Shown in pieces: positions 1 to 10,625 of a stretch of 64,000 nt of DNA (the stretch's first letter is position 1; every line of letters starts with the position of its first letter). The notes beneath the pieces are model-generated. The model worked only from the letters and a program-made list of their open reading frames with translations, was not told where the DNA came from and did not search any database. Both the position numbers and the translations under genes were made by a program. Source of the stretch: Aquificaceae bacterium (GTDB lineage: Bacteria > Aquificota > Aquificia > Aquificales > Aquificaceae); assembly GCA_037924335.1 (NCBI GenBank), contig JAXSMZ010000003.1, positions 32,102 to 96,101 on the forward strand, written 5' to 3'.

Positions 1-182
1 TTTTGGTTTGCCTTAGTTCTGTCAGAAAAGCCAAGGTCCGAGAGCTTTTCTTGAATCTCGTTGTACTTGCTTACGTAGCCTTTGTAGTGAGCTTCAAAGT
101 GTGGTTCTATCTGTTCGTTGGAGATTCCTTTCAAGTCCGATGGTTTAAGATGGTTCTTCGGTTCCAGCCTGTGAGTTGCCAT
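1..182 (-). CDS. sod: Fe/Mn superoxide dismutase, N-terminal part (runs off window)
   Basis: Not in ORF track. Manual translation MATHRLEPKNHLKPSDLKGISNEQIEPHFEAHYKGYVSKYNEIQEKL has the H-x3-H-x2-YV SOD motif and resembles Aquifex Fe-SOD; GGAGG RBS upstream. Confidence 0.92.
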   Translation of the reverse strand, partial: MATHRLEPKNHLKPSDLKGISNEQIEPHFEAHYKGYVSKYNEIQEKLSDLGFSDRTKANQ

Positions 183-311
183 GATCCTACCTCCTTGAAA
201 GATTTTCTTTATTAACATTTAAACATATTAGCAAGTTATATTCATATGATAACGGTCAGATTGCACGTTAAAAACTTATGGCATAAAGTTTTTAAAAGAG
301 GAGGTGTGGAC

Positions 312-884
312 ATGCCAGAAGTTTCATACTCTGGATGGGAGACTTTCTTTAGATGGGTTCATTTTTTAGCTGGTATTACTTGGATAGGCCTTCTTTATTT
401 CTTTAACTTGGTGAACGTTCCTTATACAAAGGCTACAAAGCCTGAGGAAAGACCCGCACATGTCCCAAAACTCATGCCCTTGGCTTTGGCATGGTTTAGG
501 TATGCAGCCTTGGTGACAGTAGCCGTTGGTCTTGTTATGATCTATATGAAGTACTGGTCTGCAGGTGATATTGTAAGCTCCAACTCTGCAAAAACTATCC
601 TAGTGGGAGGCATACTCGGTATTATCATGATGCTCAACGTATGGTTCTTTATATGGCCAAACCAGAAGAAGATAATCCAAGCAACAGTTAAAGGGGAAAA
701 GGCAGACCCAGCATGGGGCAAGAGGGCTTTGCTTTTCTCAAGAGTTAACTTTACCCTATCTTATCCCATGTTGCTTTTTATGGGCGCTGCTACACATTAC
801 CCAATGGACTGGAGAATGATACTACTTACTGGCATCGTAACGGCTATTATAGGTGCTGTTATAGTTCTTTTTGTTCAACGCTGA
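312..884 (+). CDS. Urate hydroxylase PuuD-like (DUF989) membrane protein, no cytochrome c domain
   Basis: RWVHFLAGITWIGLLYFFN and NVWFFIWPNQKK motifs; ATG at 312 follows GGAGG. Confidence 0.7.
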   Translation: MPEVSYSGWETFFRWVHFLAGITWIGLLYFFNLVNVPYTKATKPEERPAHVPKLMPLALAWFRYAALVTVAVGLVMIYMKYWSAGDIVSSNSAKTILVGGILGIIMMLNVWFFIWPNQKKIIQATVKGEKADPAWGKRALLFSRVNFTLSYPMLLFMGAATHYPMDWRMILLTGIVTAIIGAVIVLFVQR

Positions 885-885
885 A

Positions 886-1320
886 TTAATGGTTATGCAT
901 CCTCTCGTGCATATCACCCATGCCTCTCTTTACTGGAGCAGACACCTTTATCTCCCCAGACTTCTCAAACTTTAAGGCAAGGTCCACCTTTTGGCCTTCC
1001 TTTGGTTTCTCTGTTAGGTTTATGAGCATGATGTGATAACCACCGGGTTTTAGCTCTACGCTTTTTCCAGCTGGTATCTCGAGAGCTTTTACCCTTCTCA
1101 TCTTTCCGCCTACAGTCTCATGGATCTCCACAGCCTTAGCTATCTTCGTGGATGCACCTATGAGCTTGTCTGGCTCATCCCCCTTGTTTTCAATTACCAT
1201 GTAAGCAGCGCTCATGCTTGATGTTGGAGGAACTTCTCTAACCCATGCGTCCTTGACCTCGATCTTTGGTGCTGCCAATCCAACTCCAGAGACAACAAGA
1301 CCCAAGAGAAGCTTTCTCAT
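886..1320 (-). CDS. Periplasmic copper chaperone PCu(A)C
   Basis: Signal peptide, DAWVR, EIHET...M, LKPGGYHIML, His/Met-rich tail. Confidence 0.9.
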   Translation of the reverse strand: MRKLLLGLVVSGVGLAAPKIEVKDAWVREVPPTSSMSAAYMVIENKGDEPDKLIGASTKIAKAVEIHETVGGKMRRVKALEIPAGKSVELKPGGYHIMLINLTEKPKEGQKVDLALKFEKSGEIKVSAPVKRGMGDMHERMHNH

Positions 1321-1388
1321 GTTCAAACCTCCTTTAGAATTTGATATTAATTCTAGTCCGAAAAGATGAAAATTCTATGAGTTTATAA

Positions 1389-1462
1389 CCGGTCCGGCGG
1401 GAGTCGAACCCGCAACCTTGGGATCCGTAGTCCCACGCTCTATCCAATTGAGCTACGAACCG
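1389..1462 (-). tRNA. tRNA-Arg(ACG), CCA not encoded
   Basis: Cloverleaf CGGTTCG-TA-GCTC..GAGC-G-TGGGA-CTACGGA-TCCCA-AGGTT-GCGGG-TTCGACT-CCCGC-CGGACCG-G. Confidence 0.96.
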
Positions 1463-1482
1463 TAATATTATAGTATATAAGC

Positions 1483-1926
1483 ATGAGGGCTCTTTTGCAA
1501 AGGGTCAAGTCTTCTTGGGTGTTGGTGAATGGAAGGGAAGTTGGGAGGATAGGTGAGGGCTTTAACATCCTTTTAGGTGTAGGAGTGGGAGATTCGGAGG
1601 AGGACGCAAGGAAGCTTGTAGAAAGAATAGTAAACTTGAGGGTCTTTGAGGACAAGTCTGGAAAGTTCAGCCATTCACTGTTGGATGTGAAGGGCTCAGC
1701 TCTTATCATCTCACAGTTTACTCTCTATGCAAGCATGAAGAAGGGAAGGAGGCCAAGCTTTGAAAATGCAGAAAAGCCAGAGAGAGCAAAAGAGCTTTAT
1801 GAGTACTTTGTTAAACTTATGTCTCAAAAGGTTCCAGTAAGCACAGGAGTTTTTGGTACCATGATGGAAGTTAATATAGTGGGTTGGGGTCCTGTTACCA
1901 TACTCCTCGACAGCAAAGATATCTAA
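1483..1926 (+). CDS. dtd: D-aminoacyl-tRNA deacylase
   Basis: MRALLQRV, SQFTL, GRRPSF, GPVT motifs. Confidence 0.95.
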   Translation: MRALLQRVKSSWVLVNGREVGRIGEGFNILLGVGVGDSEEDARKLVERIVNLRVFEDKSGKFSHSLLDVKGSALIISQFTLYASMKKGRRPSFENAEKPERAKELYEYFVKLMSQKVPVSTGVFGTMMEVNIVGWGPVTILLDSKDI

Positions 1927-2765
1927 AAGTTCTGCTCTTCAAGTATCACCTTTTTGTAGAGACTCTCCGGTAGAAATGCATGTCTGTGCATGTCTGTACT
2001 GTAAAGTTTGGTTTGAATATCAATCTGTCTTAATGGCTCTCTTGTCCCGTACTTCTTTGATGCTATGGAAAAAGTCCACCAGTAACCTGCATAACCTGGT
2101 ATAACGGCAGTATATAGGTCCACTATGGGAAACACTTTCTTGAGAGACTTCTGTATCCTTCTTACTATCTCTGTGTGGTAATATATAGACTCTGTCTGCC
2201 CTACGTATATACCATCATCTTTTAAAGCTCTGAAGACATACCTGAAGAACTCCTCAGTGGTTAGCACATGGGCAAACCCTACAGGGTCCGTAGAGTCTAC
2301 CATTATAACATCAAACTCTCCCTCGTAATCCTGTATGTACTTGTAGCCATCCTCGTTCAAAACCATAGCCCTTGGGTCTTCAAAGGCCGCGGACATGGTG
2401 GGGAAAAACTCCTTTGAAACCCTTATCACTTCAGCGTCTATATCAACGAGAACTGCTCTTTTGACATCTTTGTGCTTGAGTACCTCCCTTAGAGCTCCAC
2501 CGTCCCCCCCGCCTATTATGAGTACATTCTCTGGGTTTGGATGGGAGCAAAGGGGAACGTGGGATATAAACTCATGGTATATGAACTCAAACCTCTCATC
2601 ACACTGAGCCACTCCATCAAGAACTAAAACCTTTCCAAAGTTTGGAGACTCTATCACCATGATCTCCTGGTAATCGCTCTTACCTTGGTAGAGGACCTTA
2701 GATACAGGATAGCAATGCCTTATAGGAGCGTATGGGTCTCGCTCAATAAAGAACACATCCAACAT
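1923..2765 (-). CDS. speE: Spermidine synthase / polyamine aminopropyltransferase
   Basis: LDG..Q, YHE, VLIIGGGDGG, DSTDPVG motifs. Confidence 0.95.
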   Translation of the reverse strand: MLDVFFIERDPYAPIRHCYPVSKVLYQGKSDYQEIMVIESPNFGKVLVLDGVAQCDERFEFIYHEFISHVPLCSHPNPENVLIIGGGDGGALREVLKHKDVKRAVLVDIDAEVIRVSKEFFPTMSAAFEDPRAMVLNEDGYKYIQDYEGEFDVIMVDSTDPVGFAHVLTTEEFFRYVFRALKDDGIYVGQTESIYYHTEIVRRIQKSLKKVFPIVDLYTAVIPGYAGYWWTFSIASKKYGTREPLRQIDIQTKLYSTDMHRHAFLPESLYKKVILEEQNF

Positions 2766-2810
2766 TCTTGCTCACCTCTTAAGTTTTGACATTTATTATA
2801 ATCAAAATCC

Positions 2811-3767
2811 ATGAAAGTCTTAGTAACGGGTGGAGCTGGGTACATAGGGTCCCACATGGTGAAGATGCTTGGAAGCATGGGGCATGAAGTTGTTACGTAT
2901 GACAATCTTTCAACAGGAAACAAAGATGCGGTACTTTACGGCAGGCTTGTGGTGGGTGACCTTTTGGAAAAGGAAAAGCTAAGGCAGGTGCTGATGGATT
3001 TTAGACCTCATGTGGTTGTACACTTTGCAGCGAAGATATCCGTACCAGAGAGCGTGAAAGACCCAATTACCTATTACGAGAATAACTTCTGTGGAACTCT
3101 GAACCTGCTCTCTGCGATGGAGGAGGCTAAAGTAAAGCATATGATCTTTTCTTCAACGGCAGCAGTGTACGGTATACCAAAGAGAATACCCATGGCAGAA
3201 GAAGACCCAACACACCCTATAAACCCTTACGGACGGAGCAAGCTCTTTGCAGAGCAAGCCATAAAGGATTCTGGAGTTAGCTTCATCATCCTCAGGTACT
3301 TTAACGTGGCTGGTGCAGACCCAGAAGGTAAGCTTGGAGAAAACTCTAAGGAAGCCTTCCATCTTATCCATAGAGCTCTAAAGGTTGCAAAGGGAGAGAT
3401 ACCTTACATGGAGGTTTACGGGACAGACTACCCAACACCCGATGGCACATGTATAAGGGATTATATACATGTCACAGACTTGATACAAGCACACATTGAT
3501 GCCATGGAGTACCTTTTGGACGGTGGGAAGTCTGACGTTTTTAACGTGGGATACGGTCGTGGTTATTCGGTTCTTGATGTCATAAAGGCTGTAAAAGAAA
3601 TTACAGGAGTGGACTTTGAAGTGAGGTTAGCAGGCAGGAGGGAAGGTGACCCACCAGTTCTAATAGCAGACAGTAGAAAGATAAAGAGCATAGGCTGGAG
3701 ACCCATGTACAACGACCTGAAGTTTGTCATAGGGACTGCTTGGAACTGGGAAAAGAATTATATTTAA
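2811..3767 (+). CDS. galE: UDP-glucose 4-epimerase
   Basis: TGGAGYIGSH, FSSTAAVYG, YGRSK, LRYFNVAGA, DGTCIRDYIHV. Confidence 0.95.
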   Translation: MKVLVTGGAGYIGSHMVKMLGSMGHEVVTYDNLSTGNKDAVLYGRLVVGDLLEKEKLRQVLMDFRPHVVVHFAAKISVPESVKDPITYYENNFCGTLNLLSAMEEAKVKHMIFSSTAAVYGIPKRIPMAEEDPTHPINPYGRSKLFAEQAIKDSGVSFIILRYFNVAGADPEGKLGENSKEAFHLIHRALKVAKGEIPYMEVYGTDYPTPDGTCIRDYIHVTDLIQAHIDAMEYLLDGGKSDVFNVGYGRGYSVLDVIKAVKEITGVDFEVRLAGRREGDPPVLIADSRKIKSIGWRPMYNDLKFVIGTAWNWEKNYI

Positions 3768-3772
3768 AAACT

Positions 3773-4081
3773 ATGGAGTATGAGGTTTACGAAAGGTTGA
3801 AAGATATAAAGGACCCAGAGATACCCTTGGATATAGTAAACCTTGGACTTGTTTACGGTGTAAGCGTGAAAGACAGTATAGCGTACATAGATATGACCTT
3901 AACAGTTCAAGGATGTCCGGCTAAAACTTACTTTGCGCAGTATGTGAGGGAGTATATCCTTAAGAGTTTCCCCAAGCTTAAGGATGTAGTTGTTCAATTT
4001 GTTTTTGAGCCACCCTGGAACAGGGATAAAATATCTGAAGAAGGAAAACAAAAGCTAAGGAGTATGGGATGGAATATTTAA
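3773..4081 (+). CDS. DUF59/SufT-like metal-sulfur cluster assembly protein
   Basis: DPEIPLDIVNLGLVY, TLT..GCP, FEPPW; ATG at 3773 chosen. Confidence 0.88.
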   Translation: MEYEVYERLKDIKDPEIPLDIVNLGLVYGVSVKDSIAYIDMTLTVQGCPAKTYFAQYVREYILKSFPKLKDVVVQFVFEPPWNRDKISEEGKQKLRSMGWNI

Positions 4082-4554
4082 ATAACAAATTTAAGGCTTT
4101 GGCTGAAGCCATTGAAAGGGAGTCTGTCTTAATTCATCGTGCTGCCCTTATAGATGGGTACAGAGACATACACAAATTTTCAAAGCTTGGTATTGATAAG
4201 ATCATAAAGAGGGCTGCCAAGTATGGAGGCAAAAAGGGGGCAAACATACTAAAGGAAAGGTATGGTCTTCTCACAGATAGGCTCGATGAAGCATTGGATA
4301 TACTCACTGTTATAGCAGAATCATCAAGGTTGCTTGATATATTTGAGTACGATATGGATGCTATGGAGATAAGGGTTGAAGGCTCTATACTGGTTGAAGC
4401 CATAGGAAAGAGCGAAAAGCCAGTCTGTGAGCCCATGGCAGGATTCTTTGAAGGTTTTTTGGGTGCTCTTCTAGAAAAGAACTTTGATATTAGGGAAATA
4501 AAATGCAAGGCACAGGGGCACGAGAAATGTATATTTAAAATACACCAAAAATGA
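4069..4554 (+). CDS. V4R-domain protein
   Basis: PVCEPMAGFFEG...EIKCKAQGHEKCIF pattern. Confidence 0.8.
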   Translation: MEYLNNKFKALAEAIERESVLIHRAALIDGYRDIHKFSKLGIDKIIKRAAKYGGKKGANILKERYGLLTDRLDEALDILTVIAESSRLLDIFEYDMDAMEIRVEGSILVEAIGKSEKPVCEPMAGFFEGFLGALLEKNFDIREIKCKAQGHEKCIFKIHQK

Positions 4555-4952
4555 TGAAGATCCTTAACATAAGAACTACAAAGAAAACAATGTTTGTGAA
4601 TATAACCCATGATGTTAGGAATGCGGTAAAGAAATCTGGCATAAGCTCTGGGCTGTGCGTTGTTTATGTTCCGCATACAACTGCGGCTGTTTTTATAAAC
4701 GAAGGGGCAGACCCAAATGTACTAAAAGACATATCCTACGCAGTTGAAAAGCTAATACCGTGGGAGGACAAAGCATACTCTCACATGGAAGGAAATGCAG
4801 CAGCTCATATAAGAAGTGCTATAGTGGGCAACTCTAGGATAGTGCCAGTTGATAACGGAGAGCTTTTGCTCGGAACTTGGGAATCCATCTTTTTGGTTGA
4901 ATTCGATGGACCAAGAAGTAGGAAAGTTATTGTTAAAACCATTGAAGGATAA
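4551..4952 (+). CDS. yjbQ: YjbQ/UPF0047 family protein
   Basis: PHTTAA..INE, H.EGNAAAH, LGTW..I...EFDGPR. Confidence 0.9.
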   Translation: MMKILNIRTTKKTMFVNITHDVRNAVKKSGISSGLCVVYVPHTTAAVFINEGADPNVLKDISYAVEKLIPWEDKAYSHMEGNAAAHIRSAIVGNSRIVPVDNGELLLGTWESIFLVEFDGPRSRKVIVKTIEG

Positions 4953-4965
4953 ATAGGAGGATCAG

Positions 4966-6261
4966 ATGGAAACTGTTGTAGCCTTTCTTGTACTTATCGG
5001 TGTGCTCGTTTGGTTTCATGAGTTTGGACACTTCTTATTTGCTAAGTTTTTTGGTGTAAAGGTGGAGGTTTTTTCCATAGGCTTTGGTCCCGTGCTAGCT
5101 AGTAAAAGGCTTGGTGAGACGGAGTATAGGGTATCAGCTGTACCTTTGGGTGGTTTTGTAAAGCTTTACGGTGAAGAAGGGCAAACTGATGACCCAAAAG
5201 CCTTTTCTTCTAAGCCTAACTGGCAGAAGGTCCTCATAGCCTTTGCTGGCCCTCTTTTTAACTTCTTTCTTGCCATCTTTGTGTTCTCTTCTGTCTTTAT
5301 CATGGGCAGGACTATGCCATCCTACCTTCTTGAAAAACCCGTTGTGGGTTACGTTGTCTCTCAGAGCCCAGCATACAAGCTTGGTATAAGGGCTGGGGAC
5401 ACGATACTGGAACTTAACGGAAAGAAATTAAACACATGGAAGGACTTAGAGAGTACAAGCCTTGAAAACGTACTGAAAAAGAACTGGTCTCTGAAAGTTC
5501 TGAGGGATGGACAGACTCTTGAGCTTTTTGGTAAAGTAGAGCTCTCCAGAGCTACTGGTTTTGGTGCAGAACCCTACATAAAACCCGTAATAGGTAAAGT
5601 TTTGCCCAGAAGTCCAGCAGAGCAGGTGGGTCTGCAAGAGGGAGATATGATCCTGGAGATAAACGGTCAGAAAGTAAACAGTTGGTATGATCTGGTCGAT
5701 GGAATAAGAGAGTCAAAGGCTGATGTTATAAACCTAAAGCTTAAAAGGGGAGACAGAGTTTTTGAGAAGATGGTAGTGCCGATAAGGAGCAAAGAGACAG
5801 GAATACCCATGCTAGGAATATCCCCTTACATAGAGACCATAAAGGTCAGTGAGCCTGTTCACAGAGCATTCCTTGAAAGCTTGGAGAGAGTAAAGACCTT
5901 GACACTTCTATCCCTGAAAGCCATATGGGGACTGTTGACGGGTAGTATATCTTTAAAGACCTTAGGTGGGCCAATAGCTATAGCTCAGCTTGCTGGTGAA
6001 TCAGCACAGCAAGGAGTTGTTGCCTTCTTAGGTATGATGGCATTCATATCAGTTCAGCTTGCAGTCTTCAATCTCATACCCCTTCCCGTTTTGGATGGAG
6101 GTCTTATACTTCTTTTCCTGATAGAATCTCTGAGAAGAAGGCCTCTCTCTCAGAAGTTCAAGGAAAATTGGCAAAGGATCGGTTTTGCTATAATAATAGC
6201 CCTTTCAGTTTTTGTTATACTGAACGATATACTGAGAGTGCTTACTGGGAATAAGGTCTAA
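4966..6261 (+). CDS. rseP: RIP metalloprotease RseP with two PDZ domains
   Basis: [17 protein letters not shown], two PDZ-like repeats. Confidence 0.95.
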   Translation: METVVAFLVLIGVLVWFHEFGHFLFAKFFGVKVEVFSIGFGPVLASKRLGETEYRVSAVPLGGFVKLYGEEGQTDDPKAFSSKPNWQKVLIAFAGPLFNFFLAIFVFSSVFIMGRTMPSYLLEKPVVGYVVSQSPAYKLGIRAGDTILELNGKKLNTWKDLESTSLENVLKKNWSLKVLRDGQTLELFGKVELSRATGFGAEPYIKPVIGKVLPRSPAEQVGLQEGDMILEINGQKVNSWYDLVDGIRESKADVINLKLKRGDRVFEKMVVPIRSKETGIPMLGISPYIETIKVSEPVHRAFLESLERVKTLTLLSLKAIWGLLTGSISLKTLGGPIAIAQLAGESAQQGVVAFLGMMAFISVQLAVFNLIPLPVLDGGLILLFLIESLRRRPLSQKFKENWQRIGFAIIIALSVFVILNDILRVLTGNKV

Positions 6262-6911
6262 AAAGGTTTGTCTGGTACCTTTTCCCAGTCCTTTAAGAAA
6301 AGCTCTAAACCTCTATCTGTAAGTGGATGGTTGAAGAGCTTCTTCATAACTTCAAAGGGCATAGTGCATATATCCGCACCTATTAGGGCAGCCTCAGCAA
6401 CGTGCATGGGATGCCTGACGCTTGCTACTATTATTTCAGTTTCTATGTCGTAGTTATCGAAGATGGTCTTTACATCCTTTATTAGCTTCATCCCCTCTCC
6501 AGATATATCATCTATCCTACCTATGAAGGGTGATACGAAGGTTGCACCAGCCTTTGCAGCTATGAGCGCCTGAGTAGGAGAGAACACCAAAGTTACGTTT
6601 ACTGGTATGCCTTCAGATTCTAAAGCCTGGACTGCCTTTATACCTTCTGTTGTCATCGGTACCTTTACGACAACGTTATCCCCAAGCTCGGCGAGCATTC
6701 TCCCTTCCTTTATCATACCCTCTGAATCAAGGGATACAGTTTCTAAGCTTACAGGACCGTCTACCAATTTTACTATCTCCTTGGCAACATCCATGAAGGG
6801 TCTTCCTGTCTTGGCTATCAGGCTTGGGTTTGTAGTAGCTCCGTCCAGTATACCCCAATCTAGAGCCTGCCTTATCTCTTCCACATTTCCAGTATCAAGA
6901 AAGAACTGCAT
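6258..6911 (-). CDS. tal: Transaldolase (TalC/FSA type)
   Basis: [33 protein letters not shown]. Confidence 0.93.
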   Translation of the reverse strand: MQFFLDTGNVEEIRQALDWGILDGATTNPSLIAKTGRPFMDVAKEIVKLVDGPVSLETVSLDSEGMIKEGRMLAELGDNVVVKVPMTTEGIKAVQALESEGIPVNVTLVFSPTQALIAAKAGATFVSPFIGRIDDISGEGMKLIKDVKTIFDNYDIETEIIVASVRHPMHVAEAALIGADICTMPFEVMKKLFNHPLTDRGLELFLKDWEKVPDKPF

Positions 6912-6929
6912 GAGAACCTCCTTTTATAA

Positions 6930-8252
6930 TTATACAACACTTCTTGGTCTTCCTAAAAAATCCATCACTTTGCTTGCCAGATTATGGGATACTTTTATGC
7001 AATCCGACACAGACACACCATGTATGTAGTTTCCGCCCAAGAAGAGGCCAGGTTGCTCCTTCTCTATAGAGTTTGCAAGCTCTATATACTTTCTATATCC
7101 CAAAGTGTACTGGGGTATACCCCTTTTCCAGCGAGTAACCTTTAAAAATTCAAACTCCTTTATGTCAAGTATATTTTCAAGCTCCTTCTCAACTATGCTC
7201 ATAACAGCTTCATCTTCGTAGTCTACCACCTCTGGGTCTGTTGCTCCGCCAAGGTATACAGTCAATAGTTCTCTAACTTCTGGGCTTCTTCCATCAAAGA
7301 GCTGTGAGGAGAAGATAACTCCTAGAATTCTTTTCCTTTCCACTCTTGGAACTAAGAAACCAAAGCCTTCTGGCAATAGTCCCTTTTTGACAGAGACATG
7401 CACAACCAAGAGGGGAGCATAGTATATATTGTCAAACTCCTCCGATGCACTCCAAGATAAGTCTCTGAGCAGATAGCTTGTAGACGTCGCTGGAGCACAG
7501 ACAATAACTGCCTTTGCTGTCAGTTTACCCTCCTTAGTGTCCAGAAGGAAAAGGTCATCCTTTCTTCTTATTCTGAGAACCACGTTGCTTTTACTGATGC
7601 TTAGACCTTCTGATAGCTTATTTATCAAGGATGCGTTTCCATCTTTGAAGGATACTAGCCTTCCATTGGGTCCAATAGCCTTGAGCTTTATAGCCCCCTT
7701 TATCAAACTTCCAAACCTTTTCTCCAACTCGTACACTTTCCTCACTGCATACCTTACAGAGAGCTCCTCTGGGTCACCGGCATAGACTCCAGACACAAAC
7801 GGTGAAACTATGTAATCCAAAAACTCCTTTCCCAACCTTCTTCTGACAAAAGCCCCTATACTTTCCTCCTCCTTTTGAGACCTTTGAACGAAAGGCTCCT
7901 TTAGAACTCTTAGCTTTGCTCCTAAGGAGAGCAAGGGTGATGTAAAGAACTCTATGGGTGACAGAGGAAGAGCTAAAAGCTTTCCTTTTTTGTATATGTA
8001 CCTTTTCTTTGAGGAGGGGTTAGAATATATAGGTTCTATGCCTACATCCTTAAAGAAGTTCTCTACGGAATCGTCAGCTAAGATGGTCTGTGGCCCAAGC
8101 TCCAAAAGATAACCATCTCTGTATTCGCTCTGTATTTTGCCCCCAATTTTATCCTCCTTTTCGAGGACATTGACATCTACTCCGGCTTTTTTAAGATGAT
8201 AGGCTATCGAGAGACCGGATATACCACCACCTATGACGGCAACCTCTATCAT
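6930..8252 (-). CDS. hemG: Protoporphyrinogen/coproporphyrinogen oxidase (HemY-type)
   Basis: GGGISGL FAD motif, ELGP, SGVYAGD, GFGFLVP, IPQY. Confidence 0.9.
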   Translation of the reverse strand: MIEVAVIGGGISGLSIAYHLKKAGVDVNVLEKEDKIGGKIQSEYRDGYLLELGPQTILADDSVENFFKDVGIEPIYSNPSSKKRYIYKKGKLLALPLSPIEFFTSPLLSLGAKLRVLKEPFVQRSQKEEESIGAFVRRRLGKEFLDYIVSPFVSGVYAGDPEELSVRYAVRKVYELEKRFGSLIKGAIKLKAIGPNGRLVSFKDGNASLINKLSEGLSISKSNVVLRIRRKDDLFLLDTKEGKLTAKAVIVCAPATSTSYLLRDLSWSASEEFDNIYYAPLLVVHVSVKKGLLPEGFGFLVPRVERKRILGVIFSSQLFDGRSPEVRELLTVYLGGATDPEVVDYEDEAVMSIVEKELENILDIKEFEFLKVTRWKRGIPQYTLGYRKYIELANSIEKEQPGLFLGGNYIHGVSVSDCIKVSHNLASKVMDFLGRPRSVV

Positions 8253-9055
8253 GACTTGTAAGGAACGCCTTTAAGAGGGGAGGATGGAACTGCGTATGTT
8301 CTCTTTGGCATCCTACCAGCAAGGTAAGAGAACCTACCGGCTATAACTGCATACCTCATAGCTATAGCCATCTTTACAGGATCCTTTGCTTCAGCCAAGG
8401 CTGTGTTGGTAAGTATGGCATCCACTCCAAGCTCCATAACGGGGGGTATGTCTGCAGCGCTCCCTATACCAGCATCCACTATCACTGGGACAGAAACAGC
8501 CTCCTTTATGAACATTATGTTATAAGGGTTTTGAAGTCCAAGCCCAGAACCTATTGGAGCTGCCAATGGCATTACAGCGGCACAACCTACATCTTCAAAC
8601 TTCTTAGCATATATGGGGTCATCAAAGATATAAGGAAGAACCACAAAACCCTCTTTTACTAGAAACCTGGCAGCATGCAAAGTCTGCTCCATATCTGGGA
8701 GGAGCGTCCTTTGGTTACCTATGACCTCGAGCTTTATCCAGTTTATGCCCGTTGCCTCTCTTGCAAGAAGAGCAGTCTTTATAGCCTCCTCTGCTGTGTA
8801 GCATCCTGCTGTGTTGGGAAGTATCAGATACCTTTTGAGGTCTATGTAATCCAGAAGGTTTTCTTTAGTGGGGTCTGTTATGTTTACCCTTCTTACGGCT
8901 ACTGTTATTATCTGGGCACCGCTGTGTTCTAACACTTCCTTTGTCTGCTGAAAGTCCTTGAACTTACCAGAGCCTATGATGAGCCTGGACAAAAATGTCC
9001 TTCCCGCTATCTCAAGCGGATCATCCTGAAGAAACTTTTCTATATCTTGCATCAT
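8249..9055 (-). CDS. thiG: Thiazole synthase
   Basis: [30 protein letters not shown]. Confidence 0.97.
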   Translation of the reverse strand: MMQDIEKFLQDDPLEIAGRTFLSRLIIGSGKFKDFQQTKEVLEHSGAQIITVAVRRVNITDPTKENLLDYIDLKRYLILPNTAGCYTAEEAIKTALLAREATGINWIKLEVIGNQRTLLPDMEQTLHAARFLVKEGFVVLPYIFDDPIYAKKFEDVGCAAVMPLAAPIGSGLGLQNPYNIMFIKEAVSVPVIVDAGIGSAADIPPVMELGVDAILTNTALAEAKDPVKMAIAMRYAVIAGRFSYLAGRMPKRTYAVPSSPLKGVPYKS

Positions 9056-9258
9056 CCACCTCCTACCAGATGTATGACCTCTACGCTATCTCCTTCTTTT
9101 ATATACTTGCTTTGATACTCTCTCTTGAGAATTACCTCGCCGTTTATAGAAACTGCGAGCCCCACATCCCTGTAAGCTATACCTAAATGAGACAAAAGTT
9201 CCAGTACACTCATACTTCCTTCAATTTCTTTTTCCTCTCCGTTTATCCTGACCAACAT
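9052..9258 (-). CDS. thiS: Sulfur carrier protein ThiS
   Basis: MLVRINGE start, C-terminal VGGG, abuts thiG. Confidence 0.92.
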   Translation of the reverse strand: MLVRINGEEKEIEGSMSVLELLSHLGIAYRDVGLAVSINGEVILKREYQSKYIKEGDSVEVIHLVGGG

Positions 9259-9346
9259 TTTGGAATTAAATATATAGCCAAGCATAGGATTTTCAACTTT
9301 GCAAATATGCAAAAGTTTCTGTACAAGTGCAAAAACAAATTAGGAC

Positions 9347-9375
9347 TTGACAAGGTATTTTTTGTATGCTAGAAT
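9347..9375 (+). promoter_or_regulatory. Sigma70-type promoter of porin gene
   Basis: TTGACA-17 nt-TAGAAT with extended -10 TG. Confidence 0.7.
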
Positions 9376-9409
9376 TTAGGTATTAAATCCTTCAAAGGAG
9401 GGTAAGAAC

Positions 9410-10576
9410 ATGAGGAAGAGTCTTTTAGCAATGGCAGCCCTTATGGGAGCGGCGGTACTGCCAGCAGAGGCGGCAGTCATCAGAATTGACGAAGACACTT
9501 TTGCCAACACAGGCCTCAAGCTTCAGATCTGGGCACAAAGGCTTGGAAAAACAACCCCAGGTGGTAAGGACTTAACAGACTTCTCCATCACCAATGCCAG
9601 AATCTACTTCAGCGGACAGGTCAACAAAATGGTCCAGTTTGGAGCTAACCTTGACTTTGCTTTGCATGGAGCAGGCTCTGGAAGAGGACTCCATCAGGGT
9701 ACAGAAGTCTCCAGGGCAAACGATGCTTTCATCAATTTAAAGCCTATGAATGAAGTTCAGCTGATGGCAGGTCTTTATAGGCTTCCCTTCTCAAGAGCTA
9801 CCCTTACAGACAGCTATAGCTACTATATACCGACGGGCTATGGCTACAGCATAAGGGGGAATATGTTTGCTCCCTTTACAGTAGGCTCCGACATCAAAAA
9901 TGCTTACAGGGATGCTGGGGTCACCCTTTGGGGTAACGTAGCGGATGGTCTTCTCAAGTATCAACTTGGTGTGTTTGATGGAAGATGGGACCACGTAAAC
10001 CCTCTTGGTGTGAAAGACAACGTTGCCTTCTCTGGAAGGCTCCAGTTTACTCCAACTATGCTTGGTTTCAAAGCTGAAAAGGGCTTTACCTTAGCAGACA
10101 CCTACCTTGGAAAACAGAATGTGCTCTCCATAGGTCTCGGTTACAACACCCAAAAATGGGATGATGGTAAGGGCAACTCAGCAACAGCAAAGGCTTGGAC
10201 TGTTGACGCCATGTGGGAGCAAAAGTTTGGAGACATAGTGCCTAACCTCCAGCTTGGCTATCAAGACAGAAAGGATATGCCTGCTGCCACACTTCCTGGA
10301 AAAGTAAAAGACAGAGCTTGGTACGTTCAAGGTCAGCTTCTCTTTGACCAAGTTGTAGGGCTTGGAAAACCAGCCCTTGGTGCAAGGTACGAAAATCAGG
10401 ATGACAGAACGGCTGCTAACAGAGACACAAACAGGACAGGTGTTTTCCTCAACTACTACGTAAAGGGTCAGGATGCCAAGATCCAGTTGGGTGCTGACGT
10501 TGTAAGCTTGAAGAACAAGAGTGCTACTGAGAAGAACTACACAGACTGGACATTGGCCCTTCAAACACAGTTCTGA
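9410..10576 (+). CDS. Outer-membrane beta-barrel porin (phosphate-selective porin O/P-like)
   Basis: Signal peptide, alternating beta-strands, C-terminal Phe (LQTQF), R-D-x-G and GVFDG motifs. Confidence 0.8.
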   Translation: MRKSLLAMAALMGAAVLPAEAAVIRIDEDTFANTGLKLQIWAQRLGKTTPGGKDLTDFSITNARIYFSGQVNKMVQFGANLDFALHGAGSGRGLHQGTEVSRANDAFINLKPMNEVQLMAGLYRLPFSRATLTDSYSYYIPTGYGYSIRGNMFAPFTVGSDIKNAYRDAGVTLWGNVADGLLKYQLGVFDGRWDHVNPLGVKDNVAFSGRLQFTPTMLGFKAEKGFTLADTYLGKQNVLSIGLGYNTQKWDDGKGNSATAKAWTVDAMWEQKFGDIVPNLQLGYQDRKDMPAATLPGKVKDRAWYVQGQLLFDQVVGLGKPALGARYENQDDRTAANRDTNRTGVFLNYYVKGQDAKIQLGADVVSLKNKSATEKNYTDWTLALQTQF

Positions 10577-10582
10577 AAAGAC

Positions 10583-10612
10583 AAAAGCCCCGCTTCGGCG
10601 GGGTTTTCTTTT
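10583..10612 (+). terminator. Intrinsic terminator after porin
   Basis: AAAAGCCCCGC-TTCG-GCGGGGTTTT then CTTTT. Confidence 0.9.
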
Positions 10613-10625
10613 ATAATCCTTATAT

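Noticed and set aside
3..215. 70-aa plus-strand ORF
   Set aside because: Antisense to sod
279..295. Sigma54 promoter (TGGCA) before the PuuD-like gene
   Set aside because: No GC at the -12 position
4134..4676. 180-aa antisense ORF and similar shadow ORFs (e.g. 10178-10714, 23027-23479, 42671-43141)
   Set aside because: They overlap well-supported genes on the other strand and show no recognisable motifs or RBS
9259..9340. TPP riboswitch upstream of thiS-thiG
   Set aside because: No CTGAGA or other THI-box elements, and the leader is too short
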